NCBI GenBank assembly: GCA_943371295.1
Contig: CALRUG020000001.1
Location: 7,677-71,676 of the forward strand
Length of the DNA: 64,000 nucleotides
Reading direction: 5' to 3'
Source of the DNA: Synechococcus sp. UW140
GTDB lineage: Bacteria > Bacteroidota > Bacteroidia > Chitinophagales > Chitinophagaceae
The notes below the pieces were generated by a model. The model was not told the origin of the DNA. It did no database searches and saw only the letters and a list, made by a program, of their open reading frames with translations. Shown here piece by piece: positions 30,858 to 40,954 of the stretch. Both the position numbers and the translations under genes were made by a program. How positions within the stretch are numbered: position 1 is the first letter of the stretch; the number at the start of each line of letters is the position of its first letter.

Positions 30858-32453
30858 ATGAGAAAATTTGTTCAGCATTCATTGCTATTAGCCTTAGCCA
30901 GCCCCATTATGGCGCTTGCCCAAGGAACAGAGCCTGTAGACCAGGCCGTTATTAATCGAATCCGCAAAGAGGGTTTAGAGAATTCCAAAGTAATGGATAT
31001 CGTATTTAACCTAACCGATATGAGTGGCCCAAGATTGGCCAATTCTCCGGGCTATAGCAGAGCCGCCAATTATGCCATCAATACCCTCAAATCTTTTGGG
31101 GTAGAAAAAGCAGAACTAGATGCATGGGGCGAATTTGGAAAAGGATGGGAACTAGAGAAATCTTATATGGCCATGACAGCGCCTTATTATAGACCCATCA
31201 TGATCTATCCAAAAACATGGACAGCGGGCAATAAAAAATTGCAATCTGCAGAAGTATTGGTGATCAGTGCCAAAGACAGTGCAGACCTCATGAAATACAG
31301 CGGTCAGTTAAAAGGCAAAGTAATCATGATGGATCAAATGGTTACATACAAGCATTCGTTTAAAGCAGATGCGGTAAGATATACCGATGAAGAATTGGCC
31401 AAGATGGAAGCCGCAACAATGGCACCAGCAAGACCAGTAGATACTGCCGCATTGCGCAGACAACAACAAGCAATGGCACAACAAAGAGGCCCAGGCGGCG
31501 CAGCCCGAATGATGGCCATCTTAAAAGATATGGCCAAGGCAGAGGGCGCTGTTGCTTTATTAAGCAGCGGAGGCACTAGAAGCCATGATGGTACTGTGTT
31601 TGCGCAAGGTGGTGGTGCTTATCAGGGCACGGCTCCGGAGAATTTTTTAGACATTGCAGTAGGCATTGAAGACTTCAATAGCATTTTACGCATTGCTAAA
31701 ACAGGTACCCCAGTAAAATTGGATGTGGATGTAAAAACCAAGTTTCATACCAAGGATTTACAAGGCTATAATGTGATTGGAGAAATCCCTGGAACAGACC
31801 CCGTATTAAAAAATGAAATCGTAATGATTGGCGCACACTTAGATTCTTGGCAGGCTGGAACTGGTGCTACCGATAACGCATCTGGTTCTGCAGTGATGAT
31901 GGAAGTAATGCGCATATTAAAAGCCTTGAATATTTCTACCAAGCGCACCATTCGCATTGGCTTATGGAGTGCAGAAGAGCAAGGACTTTGGGGATCTAGA
32001 GGTTATGTAAAAAAGACTTTTGCCGATCCAGCAGATATGAAATTATTGCCTGAGCACGAGAAGTTATCTGGCTATTATAATATTGACAATGGTACCGGAA
32101 AAATCAGGGGTATTTATTTACAAGGCAACGAAGCATGTAGAAATATTTTCAAAGCATGGTTAATGCCATTCAAAGATTTAGGAGCACATGCCGTAACCAT
32201 TAACAATACCGGCGGAACCGATCACCAATCTTTTGATGGGGTGGGATTACCAGGGTTTCAATTTATTCAAGACCCAATTGAATACGATACCCGCACCCAC
32301 CACAGCAATATGGATGTGTACGACCATTTAATTGAAGACGATTTAAAACAAATGGCTACCATCGTAGCGAGTTTTGTGTACCACACTGCACAACGTGATG
32401 CCAAGCTTCCAAGAAAACCATTGCCAGCAGCAAGACCAGCTGTGAGAAGATAG
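30858..32453 (+). CDS. M28 family metallopeptidase (carboxypeptidase Q-like) with PA domain
   Basis: GPRLANSP; GAHLDSW; GATDNASG; AEEQGL; TDHQSF; THHSNMD. Confidence 0.92.
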   Translation: MRKFVQHSLLLALASPIMALAQGTEPVDQAVINRIRKEGLENSKVMDIVFNLTDMSGPRLANSPGYSRAANYAINTLKSFGVEKAELDAWGEFGKGWELEKSYMAMTAPYYRPIMIYPKTWTAGNKKLQSAEVLVISAKDSADLMKYSGQLKGKVIMMDQMVTYKHSFKADAVRYTDEELAKMEAATMAPARPVDTAALRRQQQAMAQQRGPGGAARMMAILKDMAKAEGAVALLSSGGTRSHDGTVFAQGGGAYQGTAPENFLDIAVGIEDFNSILRIAKTGTPVKLDVDVKTKFHTKDLQGYNVIGEIPGTDPVLKNEIVMIGAHLDSWQAGTGATDNASGSAVMMEVMRILKALNISTKRTIRIGLWSAEEQGLWGSRGYVKKTFADPADMKLLPEHEKLSGYYNIDNGTGKIRGIYLQGNEACRNIFKAWLMPFKDLGAHAVTINNTGGTDHQSFDGVGLPGFQFIQDPIEYDTRTHHSNMDVYDHLIEDDLKQMATIVASFVYHTAQRDAKLPRKPLPAARPAVRR

Positions 32454-32492
32454 GGCAAAAAATATACTACGGGTATCATTATATTTGTTGCC

Positions 32493-35105
32493 ATGGCAAA
32501 ATCTGGTAACGATACCCCATTGATGCAGCAGCATCGGGCTATTAAGCAAAAATATCCCGATGCTGTTTTGTTATTTAGGGTGGGTGATTTTTATGAAACA
32601 TTTGGAGAAGACGCGATTATTGCGTCTCGTGTATTGGGCATTACCCTAACCAAAAGAAACAATGGAGCTGCGGCTTCGAGCGAGCTCGCAGGGTTCCCGC
32701 ATCATTCATTAGAAACTTACTTACACAAGTTGGTAAAAGCAGGCCACAGAGTTGCCATCTGTGATCAATTGGAAGATCCGAAGATGGTTAAGGGCATTGT
32801 GAAAAGAGGCGTAACCGAAATGGTAACACCGGGCATTGCCACCAGTGATAAAATGCTGGAGAACAAAAGCAATAATTTTTTAGCAGCCGTACATTATACC
32901 GAAGAAAATACGGGCATTGCATTGCTCGATATTTCTACCGGAGAATTTTTTGCAGCAGAAGGCAATGAAGAATACATCGACAAATTGTTGCAGAGTATGC
33001 AACCTGCAGAAGTCATATTTGAACGCAGTTACCTCAAGAAATTTAAAGAGCAATATGGAACCAGGTTTTATACCTATACCATGGAGCGATGGATATTTGA
33101 AGAAGGATTTGCCAGAGAAAATTTAGTGAAGCAGTTCAATACCCATTCCCTAAAGGGATTTGGGATAGATGCAATGCCAGCAGCCATTATTGCGGCCAGT
33201 GCCATTTTGCATTATTTAAAAGACACCGAGCATCCGAACCTGCAACATATTACACAGATACAACGCATTGAACGCGATCAGTTTTTGTGGATGGATCGAT
33301 TCACGATTCGCAATTTAGAATTACTGCCCCTACAATCGGAAGGCCATACTTCTTTATTGCAAGTGATTGATAATACCGTGAGTGCCATGGGTGCAAGACT
33401 ATTGAAAAGATGGTTGGTATTTCCACTAAAGAACAAACAACAAATTGAAGAACGCCTAGAAGCCGTTGAATACAGCATTATACAAACCGAACTAAGACAA
33501 CAATTAGCCGGAGCCATCAAAGCCTGTGGAGATATTGAGAGATTAGTGAGTAAAATTGCTTTAAGAAAAATTGGGCCAAGAGAAGTCGTACAATTGGCCA
33601 GGGGATTAGAGCAGACGGCCATTGTAAAAGCCCTATTGAACAATAGCCCCAACCAATGGCTGGGCAAATTATCGAATCAGTTGGATGCCTGCGAAGCCAT
33701 GCAAACCCGCATCAACAAAGAGATACAAGAAAACCCTGCCGTACTCATTAACAAAGGAGGGGTAATTGCAGCGGGTGTAAATGAAGAATTAGACCAGTTA
33801 AGAAATATTGCGAATGGTGGAAAAGAATTCTTGGTAAACATACAAGAAAGAGAAGCAGAAAGAACGGGAATCGGCTCGCTAAAAATTAGTTTCAACAATG
33901 TGTTTGGCTATTATTTAGAAGTAACCAATTCGCATAAAAACAAAGTGCCTGCAGATTGGATCCGCAAGCAAACTTTGACTAATGCAGAGCGATATATTAC
34001 CCCAGAATTAAAAGAATACGAAGAAAAAATTATTGGAGCCGAAGACAAGATCTTAGCGATTGAACAAGACTTGTACAATCAACTCATTACCGATTTACAA
34101 ACCTATATCGCTCCTATTCAAGTAAACGGAAATATACTGGCCACATTGGATTGCATTATATGTTTTGCAGAAAACGCTTTGCAATACCAATATAGAAAAC
34201 CAGTGATTCATGAGGGATTGGAATTGCAGATAAAGGAAGGCCGCCACCCTGTGATAGAACGCAAGCTGGCATTGGATGAGCAATATGTTTCAAATGATAT
34301 TGAACTCAATAAAACCGATCAGCAAATCATTATTTTAACGGGGCCGAATATGAGTGGTAAGAGTGCACTCCTTCGCCAAACCGCTATCATAACCTTGATG
34401 GCCCATATGGGATCTTTTGTACCCGCAGCGGCGGCTATGATCCCCCTAACCGATAAAATATTTACCCGTGTAGGTGCATCCGATAATTTAAGTGGAGGTG
34501 AATCTACTTTCATGGTAGAAATGAATGAAACGGCGAGCATCATTAATAATATGAGTGAGCGCTCCTTGATATTACTTGATGAAATAGGAAGAGGAACAGC
34601 TACTTATGATGGTATTTCGATTGCGTGGAGCATGGTGGAATACATACACAACAGTCCGTTTGCACCGAAGACTTTGTTTGCTACGCACTACCATGAGTTG
34701 AATGAATTGGAAGAACATTTACCGCGCGTAAAAAATTACCATATCACGCACAAAGAGCTGAACAATAAAATTATTTTCTTGCGCAAAATGGCCACAGGCG
34801 GCAGCACACATAGCTTTGGTATACAGGTAGCAAAAATGGCGGGCATGCCTACTGCATTAATTAACCGAGCTACTGCAATTATGGAGCAGTTAGAGAAAGA
34901 GCACGTGAAAGAAGAAGCGGGTAATAATATCGTTAGCGAAGCTGTGCAAAATGCATCCGTTCCCAAAGTACAGTTGAGCATATTTGATGCACATACCGAA
35001 ACCTTTGAAAGCATACGAGCCAAACTAAATGCGATTGATATTAATCAATTAACGCCAGTGGAAGCATTGATGAAACTGAATGATATCAAGGCTTTGCTGA
35101 AATAG
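32493..35105 (+). CDS. mutS: DNA mismatch repair protein MutS
   Basis: TPLMQQ; FRVGDFYE; TGPNMSGKS; LDEIGRGT; FATHYHEL. Confidence 0.98.
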   Translation: MAKSGNDTPLMQQHRAIKQKYPDAVLLFRVGDFYETFGEDAIIASRVLGITLTKRNNGAAASSELAGFPHHSLETYLHKLVKAGHRVAICDQLEDPKMVKGIVKRGVTEMVTPGIATSDKMLENKSNNFLAAVHYTEENTGIALLDISTGEFFAAEGNEEYIDKLLQSMQPAEVIFERSYLKKFKEQYGTRFYTYTMERWIFEEGFARENLVKQFNTHSLKGFGIDAMPAAIIAASAILHYLKDTEHPNLQHITQIQRIERDQFLWMDRFTIRNLELLPLQSEGHTSLLQVIDNTVSAMGARLLKRWLVFPLKNKQQIEERLEAVEYSIIQTELRQQLAGAIKACGDIERLVSKIALRKIGPREVVQLARGLEQTAIVKALLNNSPNQWLGKLSNQLDACEAMQTRINKEIQENPAVLINKGGVIAAGVNEELDQLRNIANGGKEFLVNIQEREAERTGIGSLKISFNNVFGYYLEVTNSHKNKVPADWIRKQTLTNAERYITPELKEYEEKIIGAEDKILAIEQDLYNQLITDLQTYIAPIQVNGNILATLDCIICFAENALQYQYRKPVIHEGLELQIKEGRHPVIERKLALDEQYVSNDIELNKTDQQIIILTGPNMSGKSALLRQTAIITLMAHMGSFVPAAAAMIPLTDKIFTRVGASDNLSGGESTFMVEMNETASIINNMSERSLILLDEIGRGTATYDGISIAWSMVEYIHNSPFAPKTLFATHYHELNELEEHLPRVKNYHITHKELNNKIIFLRKMATGGSTHSFGIQVAKMAGMPTALINRATAIMEQLEKEHVKEEAGNNIVSEAVQNASVPKVQLSIFDAHTETFESIRAKLNAIDINQLTPVEALMKLNDIKALLK

Positions 35106-35109
35106 CGTT

Positions 35110-35175
35110 TAGTCGAGACTCAATTAATCTAGAAAAACTAATCCCAAAAAAACTAGTCGAGACTCAATTAATCTA
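35110..35175. repeat. 22 bp exact direct repeat (TAGTCGAGACTCAATTAATCTA) at 35110-35131 and 35154-35175
   Basis: Read directly; the second copy contains the stop codon of the convergent gene. Confidence 0.9.
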
Positions 35176-36370
35176 TCTGGGCGTAGTCTTTTAAATACTC
35201 GAACGGTTCGGTGAGGTTGCCTTCGTTTAAAATAGTGGCGCGCTCAATGATGGCCGACCCGCCTTTGCGTACATCATCCAAAATATATTTGATAAGCTGT
35301 TCACCAAAATAACGACTGGCATCACGAGGCAATTCATTGGGCAGGTTACCCACGGCCATGATGTCTACTGAATTAGGCAAATAAGGATCGGTTTTTTGAC
35401 CAGACAATTTATTCACGCCATACACCGGATCTTGAATGGTTGCATCGCCCAGGTTACAAGGAATAGAACCATGTTTGTCATCGGTAATATCGGCAATGGT
35501 TTGAATCTTGAAATCGGGACGCTTCAAGGATTCCATCGAAAACAATCGAGGCACATTGGTACCCCAATAAATCCCATTCATGAGAATATCGGTATGCGCA
35601 CAATATTGTTCGAATAAACATTCATACTCATCCGGATGCTCGTGAAAATTATCACGATGATAAGTTTTATTGATGCTATGCTGATAAAGATTATTGCCCT
35701 TTAAATGCACATACACTGGATAATCAAAGTCTTTGCTCAGGTATTCATCGGGTTCTACTTCCTGCACGTCTAAGAGGTTCATGATTTCTAAAATACCATG
35801 TGCCACTCTCCCACTACCCGTCACCGCAATTTTAATGGGGGGCAATTTCAAACCAAAATAAGTATGGATCAGGGCGCGATAGTCTTTGATTTTATGCACC
35901 CTTTCTAATTTAAACGCACCCGTACGATTGCCATACGCCATGATGCCATTGTGCGCCCCGACAATACCGGCAAAAAAACCAAAGCCAATGATGCGCTGCC
36001 CATCTTTGTGTTCCAGGCATTCATAATCGATAAGGGTAATATTCTTTTGCACCATGGCCTGCATGAGGGCACGGTTATAAGGCTGCATTTTTTTGGTATG
36101 CGAAAAGAACATGTACCGTTTGTTCGGAATGAGCTGACTCACGGGCACTTCCTTAATACCCAACAACAAATTACAATCAGAAAGATCATTGGTAATTTCC
36201 ACCCCCGCCCGCGCATACTCCTCATCAGAATAACAACGATCCGGCGCCGACTCTACTTTCACCACTACATTCTCTACATTCTTGGTAAGGAATTTACACT
36301 GCGCCGGCGTTAACGCCACGCGATTATCCGCCGGAATTTTACCCTCTCTAATAAGACCAATAACAAGCAT
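35168..36370 (-). CDS. AlaDH/PNT-family NAD(P)-dependent oxidoreductase (saccharopine dehydrogenase / lysine-ketoglutarate reductase-like)
   Basis: IGLIREGK...RVALTP; GIKEVP; FFSHT.K; ADITDD; MAVGNLPNELPRDAS. Confidence 0.88.
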   Translation of the reverse strand: MLVIGLIREGKIPADNRVALTPAQCKFLTKNVENVVVKVESAPDRCYSDEEYARAGVEITNDLSDCNLLLGIKEVPVSQLIPNKRYMFFSHTKKMQPYNRALMQAMVQKNITLIDYECLEHKDGQRIIGFGFFAGIVGAHNGIMAYGNRTGAFKLERVHKIKDYRALIHTYFGLKLPPIKIAVTGSGRVAHGILEIMNLLDVQEVEPDEYLSKDFDYPVYVHLKGNNLYQHSINKTYHRDNFHEHPDEYECLFEQYCAHTDILMNGIYWGTNVPRLFSMESLKRPDFKIQTIADITDDKHGSIPCNLGDATIQDPVYGVNKLSGQKTDPYLPNSVDIMAVGNLPNELPRDASRYFGEQLIKYILDDVRKGGSAIIERATILNEGNLTEPFEYLKDYAQID

Positions 36371-36471
36371 CGAACAATTTTGCACGAATTTAAACGATTG
36401 CCCACTCACCTACCAATGATATTTATCATTTCTCGAAACCTTAATGAATACTAAGGGCGTAAATTTGTGCC

Positions 36472-36978
36472 ATGAATTATTTTGAATTATTCGGGATCGA
36501 ACCCAGTTTCACCATCGACACCGCAACCATAAAGAAAAAGTTTTACGAACTGAGCAGGGCCAGTCACCCCGACTTTTTTGGCGGAGCCACTGCCGATGAA
36601 CAAAATGCTGCACTAGAGCAATCAGCAACGATTAATGAGGCCTACAAAACCTTGCAGAACAAAGACCAATTGGTCAAATATATATTGGGATTAAAGGGAT
36701 TGATACAAGAAGAAGAGAAATACCAATTACCTCCTGATTTCTTGATGGAAGTAATGGACTTGAACGAGCAAGTAATGGAACTAGACAAAGCCGACACCGC
36801 AGCCGTAGCAGCCATCAAAGCTGCAGCCAATAACCTACAAAACGAAATATATGAAGCTATTGAGCCAGTTATGGCGAATTATTCAGAAGATACTACTACC
36901 GAAAAAGAGTTGCTGCAAGTAAAAGACTATTACTTTAAAAAGAAGTATTTAGATCGGATTTTAGCTGGCCTGCAATAG
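36472..36978 (+). CDS. hscB: Fe-S assembly co-chaperone HscB
   Basis: MNYFELF; J-domain HPD; INEAYKTL; FLMEVMDLNE. Confidence 0.9.
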   Translation: MNYFELFGIEPSFTIDTATIKKKFYELSRASHPDFFGGATADEQNAALEQSATINEAYKTLQNKDQLVKYILGLKGLIQEEEKYQLPPDFLMEVMDLNEQVMELDKADTAAVAAIKAAANNLQNEIYEAIEPVMANYSEDTTTEKELLQVKDYYFKKKYLDRILAGLQ

Positions 36979-37028
36979 AATATTTTGGAAAATAAGAGTG
37001 CATAGGCTAATATTGCACTCCAATTAAA

Positions 37029-37112
37029 GCCCAGATGGCGGAATTGGTAGACGCGCTAGACTCAAAATCTGGTTATCGCAAGGTAGTGCAGGTTCGATTC
37101 CTGTTCTGGGCA
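37029..37112 (+). tRNA. tRNA-Leu(CAA)
   Basis: Acceptor GCCCAGA/TCTGGGC; D-loop GGCGGAATTGGTAGACGC; anticodon arm CTAGA-CTCAAAA-TCTGG; long variable arm; T-arm GCAGG-TTCGATT-CCTGT. Confidence 0.97.
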
Positions 37113-37117
37113 CAAGC

Positions 37118-37148
37118 AAAAAATCCCGCACATAGTGCGGGATTTTTT
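37118..37148 (+). terminator. tRNA-Leu terminator
   Basis: AAAAAATCCCGCAC...GTGCGGGATTTTTT. Confidence 0.85.
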
Positions 37149-37320
37149 TATGGACACGACCGAAGCTTGCTTTAGGGAGTGGACAGAGAAAAATCCCAGA
37201 CTTGCGATGCAAGTGGGACTTTTTGCTTGGGTACGCCCCCCTCCTAGGAAGTCGGCGAAACGTAGTGGAGCCGACAATCCTGCTCTTCCTTGCGAATATC
37301 CTTTCATCAAAAAGACACAT

Positions 37321-37435
37321 AATTATTTCATCATATGATGATTTATTTATAACTTACTCATCCCAATTTATTCCTCCCCCAATTGTTAGTGTTTGTAAGT
37401 GTTTTACTGACCTTGGAATTTTATGTCTGGGAGTC
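37321..37435 (+). repeat. Diverged ~110 bp repeat, copy 1 (upstream of the ATPase)
   Basis: Shares colinear blocks with 40955-41065: AATTATTTCAT, ATGATTTA(T/G)TTATAACTTACT, CCCCAATTGTTA, TTTTATGTCT. Confidence 0.8.
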
Positions 37436-37472
37436 AGGGGGCAGTTCTGTAGAATAAAAATGATAATTAAAA

Positions 37473-39446
37473 ATGAGTTTTAAAATAATAGCAATAAGGC
37501 CATTATTTGGTATTAGTACAAAATATTTAAAAAACCTTGTGGCAGGTGAAGTTTATAATTTATGTAATGAATATACCCTTTTAAATAAAAATCTAATACC
37601 AGTCTCAATTGATGATGAAGTTTATTCAATTGAATATAAGAAGACCGTTCCTGATAATCTTTATTCTATTAGAAAAATAAACGGCGAAATTATAAATATA
37701 AATGTGTCAGCAGTTGTTGGCAAGAATGGAGCCGGCAAAAGCAGTTTAATGGATCTGCTGCTACACTCTGTTTTCGTAGTTTCAAACAATCTTGGCTTTG
37801 TAAATCCGAAAAGTTTTCTTGAACCTGAATCAAACACCGCCGAACAAAATGAGCAGCAAGCTTACAAAAAAGAGATAGAAGATATTAAAACAGGTTTGAA
37901 AGTTGAAATATACTATTTACTATATGATAAGTATTACAGACTTCTTATCTCAAATGGGCAATTCAACCTTACTTCATGTTTATCTGCAGATAAATATTCA
38001 TATTTTAGGGAGGATAACATTTCTATAAAAAATTATCAGGAGGTTAATAATTTCTTCTATACTATAGTAGTCAATTATTCATTTTATGCCCATAATTCTA
38101 ATTACAATAGTTTATGGTTGAAATCCTTCTTTCACAAAAATGATGGTTACCAATTACCAATTGTGATTAATCCTTTCAGGGATAAAGGGAATATGAACGT
38201 TAATTCTGAGACACTATTAACCCGTTCTCGTTTATTATCAAACATTCTAAGTATTGCCAACTATAAAAAAATCAACTACAAATCTGCAATAGATAAAGTT
38301 GAATTATACTTTGATAAAAATAAAGATTACAAGTTTCTGTCAAATGGTGAAATTCGGTTTAGTCATGGCTTTATTGAAAAGTTCAGAGCCCTTATCCTAT
38401 CTCCTCTTTATTCCAAGATGTTTGGAGAGTCTGTTTCATACCCAAATACAGATATACCCATAAAGGAATACGCAGAGATATACTTAATAAACAAGTTAAT
38501 TACCATTCCTTCTAAATATGAACCTTTTAAAGAATTTGACAAACGATTGGCCAAAGTAAAAGAACGGCCTGATAATTATGATTTAACACAAAGTGCTTCT
38601 AAGGCATATATTGATGACCTTTATGAAGACAGAAGCCATGTAACTTTAAAGGTGAGACAAACGCTTAATTTTCTGAAAGAAGATATATACAATTTGCCTT
38701 CCGATTTTACCTTTAAGAGCTATTTTGACATTGGCTCAGTTGTTCAAAAAATGAACAGTTTGAAAAGAAATGAATGGTTTACAGAATTGATTGACTATTT
38801 ACCGCCTCCATTCCTGTATAGCAGAATAAAATTCAAAGATAATAGTTATTTTGAAGATTTAAGTTCCGGGGAGAAACAAAAGATATATTCCTTGAATTCT
38901 ATCATCTATCATCTTAAAAACTTAGACTCAATCAATAAAAATAAATACCGAAATACTGAAAAAAAAATTTCGTCATATCAATCGGTAAACATGATATTTG
39001 ATGAAGTAGAACTTTATTATCATCCCCAGTATCAGAAAGAAACAATTTCAAGTCTACTCAATTTAATCAGAATATCAAACTTTAAGTATATCAAGAATAT
39101 AAACTTAATTTTCCTTACTCATTCCCCCTTTATACTTTCAGATATACCTATACAAAACACTATTCTTCTCACCATTGATAAGAAAACTGGAAGAAGTAAA
39201 TTAATAACGAAGAAAAAGCAGTCATTTGGGGCCAATATTCACGATTTGCTTACTGATAACTTCTTTTTAACCGGTACTTTAATAGGAGATTTAGCAGACC
39301 GGAAAATAATGAAATTAATAAACCAAATAAAAAAAGGTACGATTTCAAAAGATGATAAATTGCTTTTGAAACTTATTGGCGATACATTTTTAAAATCAAG
39401 TATAGAGCAATTCCAACTAAAAAATGATCAAGATACAAATCGATAA
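37473..39446 (+). CDS. ABC-type (AAA_21-like) ATPase, PtuA/Septu-like defence ATPase
   Basis: Walker A GKNGAGKS; signature LSSGE; Walker B IFDEVE..YHP; H-loop THSPF; C-terminal FGANIHDLL..NFFL. Confidence 0.85.
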   Translation: MSFKIIAIRPLFGISTKYLKNLVAGEVYNLCNEYTLLNKNLIPVSIDDEVYSIEYKKTVPDNLYSIRKINGEIININVSAVVGKNGAGKSSLMDLLLHSVFVVSNNLGFVNPKSFLEPESNTAEQNEQQAYKKEIEDIKTGLKVEIYYLLYDKYYRLLISNGQFNLTSCLSADKYSYFREDNISIKNYQEVNNFFYTIVVNYSFYAHNSNYNSLWLKSFFHKNDGYQLPIVINPFRDKGNMNVNSETLLTRSRLLSNILSIANYKKINYKSAIDKVELYFDKNKDYKFLSNGEIRFSHGFIEKFRALILSPLYSKMFGESVSYPNTDIPIKEYAEIYLINKLITIPSKYEPFKEFDKRLAKVKERPDNYDLTQSASKAYIDDLYEDRSHVTLKVRQTLNFLKEDIYNLPSDFTFKSYFDIGSVVQKMNSLKRNEWFTELIDYLPPPFLYSRIKFKDNSYFEDLSSGEKQKIYSLNSIIYHLKNLDSINKNKYRNTEKKISSYQSVNMIFDEVELYYHPQYQKETISSLLNLIRISNFKYIKNINLIFLTHSPFILSDIPIQNTILLTIDKKTGRSKLITKKKQSFGANIHDLLTDNFFLTGTLIGDLADRKIMKLINQIKKGTISKDDKLLLKLIGDTFLKSSIEQFQLKNDQDTNR

Positions 39447-40629
39447 TGTTCATCAAAGGAAACAAGAATACGAGATTGCAATAACTGATTTAGTTGCAAA
39501 CAGAATATTTGTATTGAAACAATCACTATCTCATTTAAATGGGGTGCCTGTTGATTTTACTACAGGGAGTTTTACTAGCTTTAAAGCAGTTACTAGACAA
39601 ATAGTGAATATTGTTGGTAATGTTATAAATATTTCAAAAGGCCATCAAGTTTATATTAATGAAATAAATAATTACCGTTCTAACCCTAATAACTTAGGCA
39701 ATATAAATATAGCCAATCTTATTCAGCTATGTGACTATTTATTGGCAAACAATGAGCAACAATTACGCAATCTTCTTGTGGAGGATGCAGTTAATTTAAT
39801 TAATCTTAATTCTGATATTTTAAATAATCATGGCCTCAATACGCAGCTAAATATTGAAATTATTAAGCTAGCATTTAATTACCAGAAATACGATGAAATC
39901 GCCAAGGAAATTAGAATATATTTTAGAGTAAATAATTTTACTAAGTTTTGCTCTTATTGCAATGCAGAACCAGTAACACACCAGACTAACTTTGTTGGCC
40001 AAGTTGTTAGATCTTATGAACTGGATCACTTTTATGATAAATCAAGGCATCCTCTTTTGGCCTATAGTTTATTTAATTTGGTTCCAAGTGATCACCATTG
40101 TAATGTTACGAATAAATCTACAACTGAATTTACCGATCAATACCATTTAAACCCACATCATATGGGCTATGCCGAACAATTCAGTTTTATCCCAATTGGC
40201 ATATCTACTGCCTTTGATGTAAACAAAATTGAAACTATTATTTTAGAGGCACAGGGTACATCCTTATACAAACAGATCAATGGACATAATCAATCAAATG
40301 AAGAACAAGGAAATTTGGGGAATTTAAATGTATTTAGAATCAGATCTAAATATTCAGACAAGCTGCATCTAGCCAGTACATTACTAAAACGCTTACATAA
40401 TGAGAATACTTACTTTAAACACTTAAAGAAATATTTGAAAAATCTTGATGGGATTGATAGAAAAAAAAACTATATAAAATGGTATGAAAAGGAATTAGAT
40501 GTTCAATTCAATTACATAGATTTTAACAATAAAGCATTTTCGAAGTTTTCCCGTGATATACATGATTATTATTTTCAGAATAATAAAACAAGATGGAATA
40601 GATATATTCTTGAATTAATAAACACTTAG
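39424..40629 (+). CDS. HNH endonuclease, PtuB-like, with long N-terminal extension
   Basis: CSYCN...LDHFYDKSRHPLLAYSLFNLVPSDHHCN; overlaps the ATPase stop (coupled). Confidence 0.82.
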   Translation: MIKIQIDNVHQRKQEYEIAITDLVANRIFVLKQSLSHLNGVPVDFTTGSFTSFKAVTRQIVNIVGNVINISKGHQVYINEINNYRSNPNNLGNINIANLIQLCDYLLANNEQQLRNLLVEDAVNLINLNSDILNNHGLNTQLNIEIIKLAFNYQKYDEIAKEIRIYFRVNNFTKFCSYCNAEPVTHQTNFVGQVVRSYELDHFYDKSRHPLLAYSLFNLVPSDHHCNVTNKSTTEFTDQYHLNPHHMGYAEQFSFIPIGISTAFDVNKIETIILEAQGTSLYKQINGHNQSNEEQGNLGNLNVFRIRSKYSDKLHLASTLLKRLHNENTYFKHLKKYLKNLDGIDRKKNYIKWYEKELDVQFNYIDFNNKAFSKFSRDIHDYYFQNNKTRWNRYILELINT

Positions 40630-40954
40630 TAAAGTGTCATTTACAAGACCAAATGAATAAGTCAGGCACGTTTCCAAAACACAGAGAAGACACATTTAAA
40701 GAAACTTTGCAAAAAAACCTGCTTTGTGTCAACATACAGTCAACAGATTAAGGTGATAAACATATCCAATTTATAAATCATTGGTATCAAGCACAAACAT
40801 CCGACAATAGGTTTTGTGAAATTGGGGCATGACCATAAAGTATTTATCGTAAGTACTTGCCCATGAAATGCATTTGTGGACACAAGCGTCTAAAGAATTT
40901 AAAGCTGAACAAAGTTCAGGGCATAGAATAAACTCTATACCATAATAAGCAGTA

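Noticed and set aside
37024-37483. ORFs 37024-37320, 37062-37310, 37135-37338 and 37202-37483
   Set aside because: They overlap the tRNA, its terminator and hairpins; the translations have no protein-like features.
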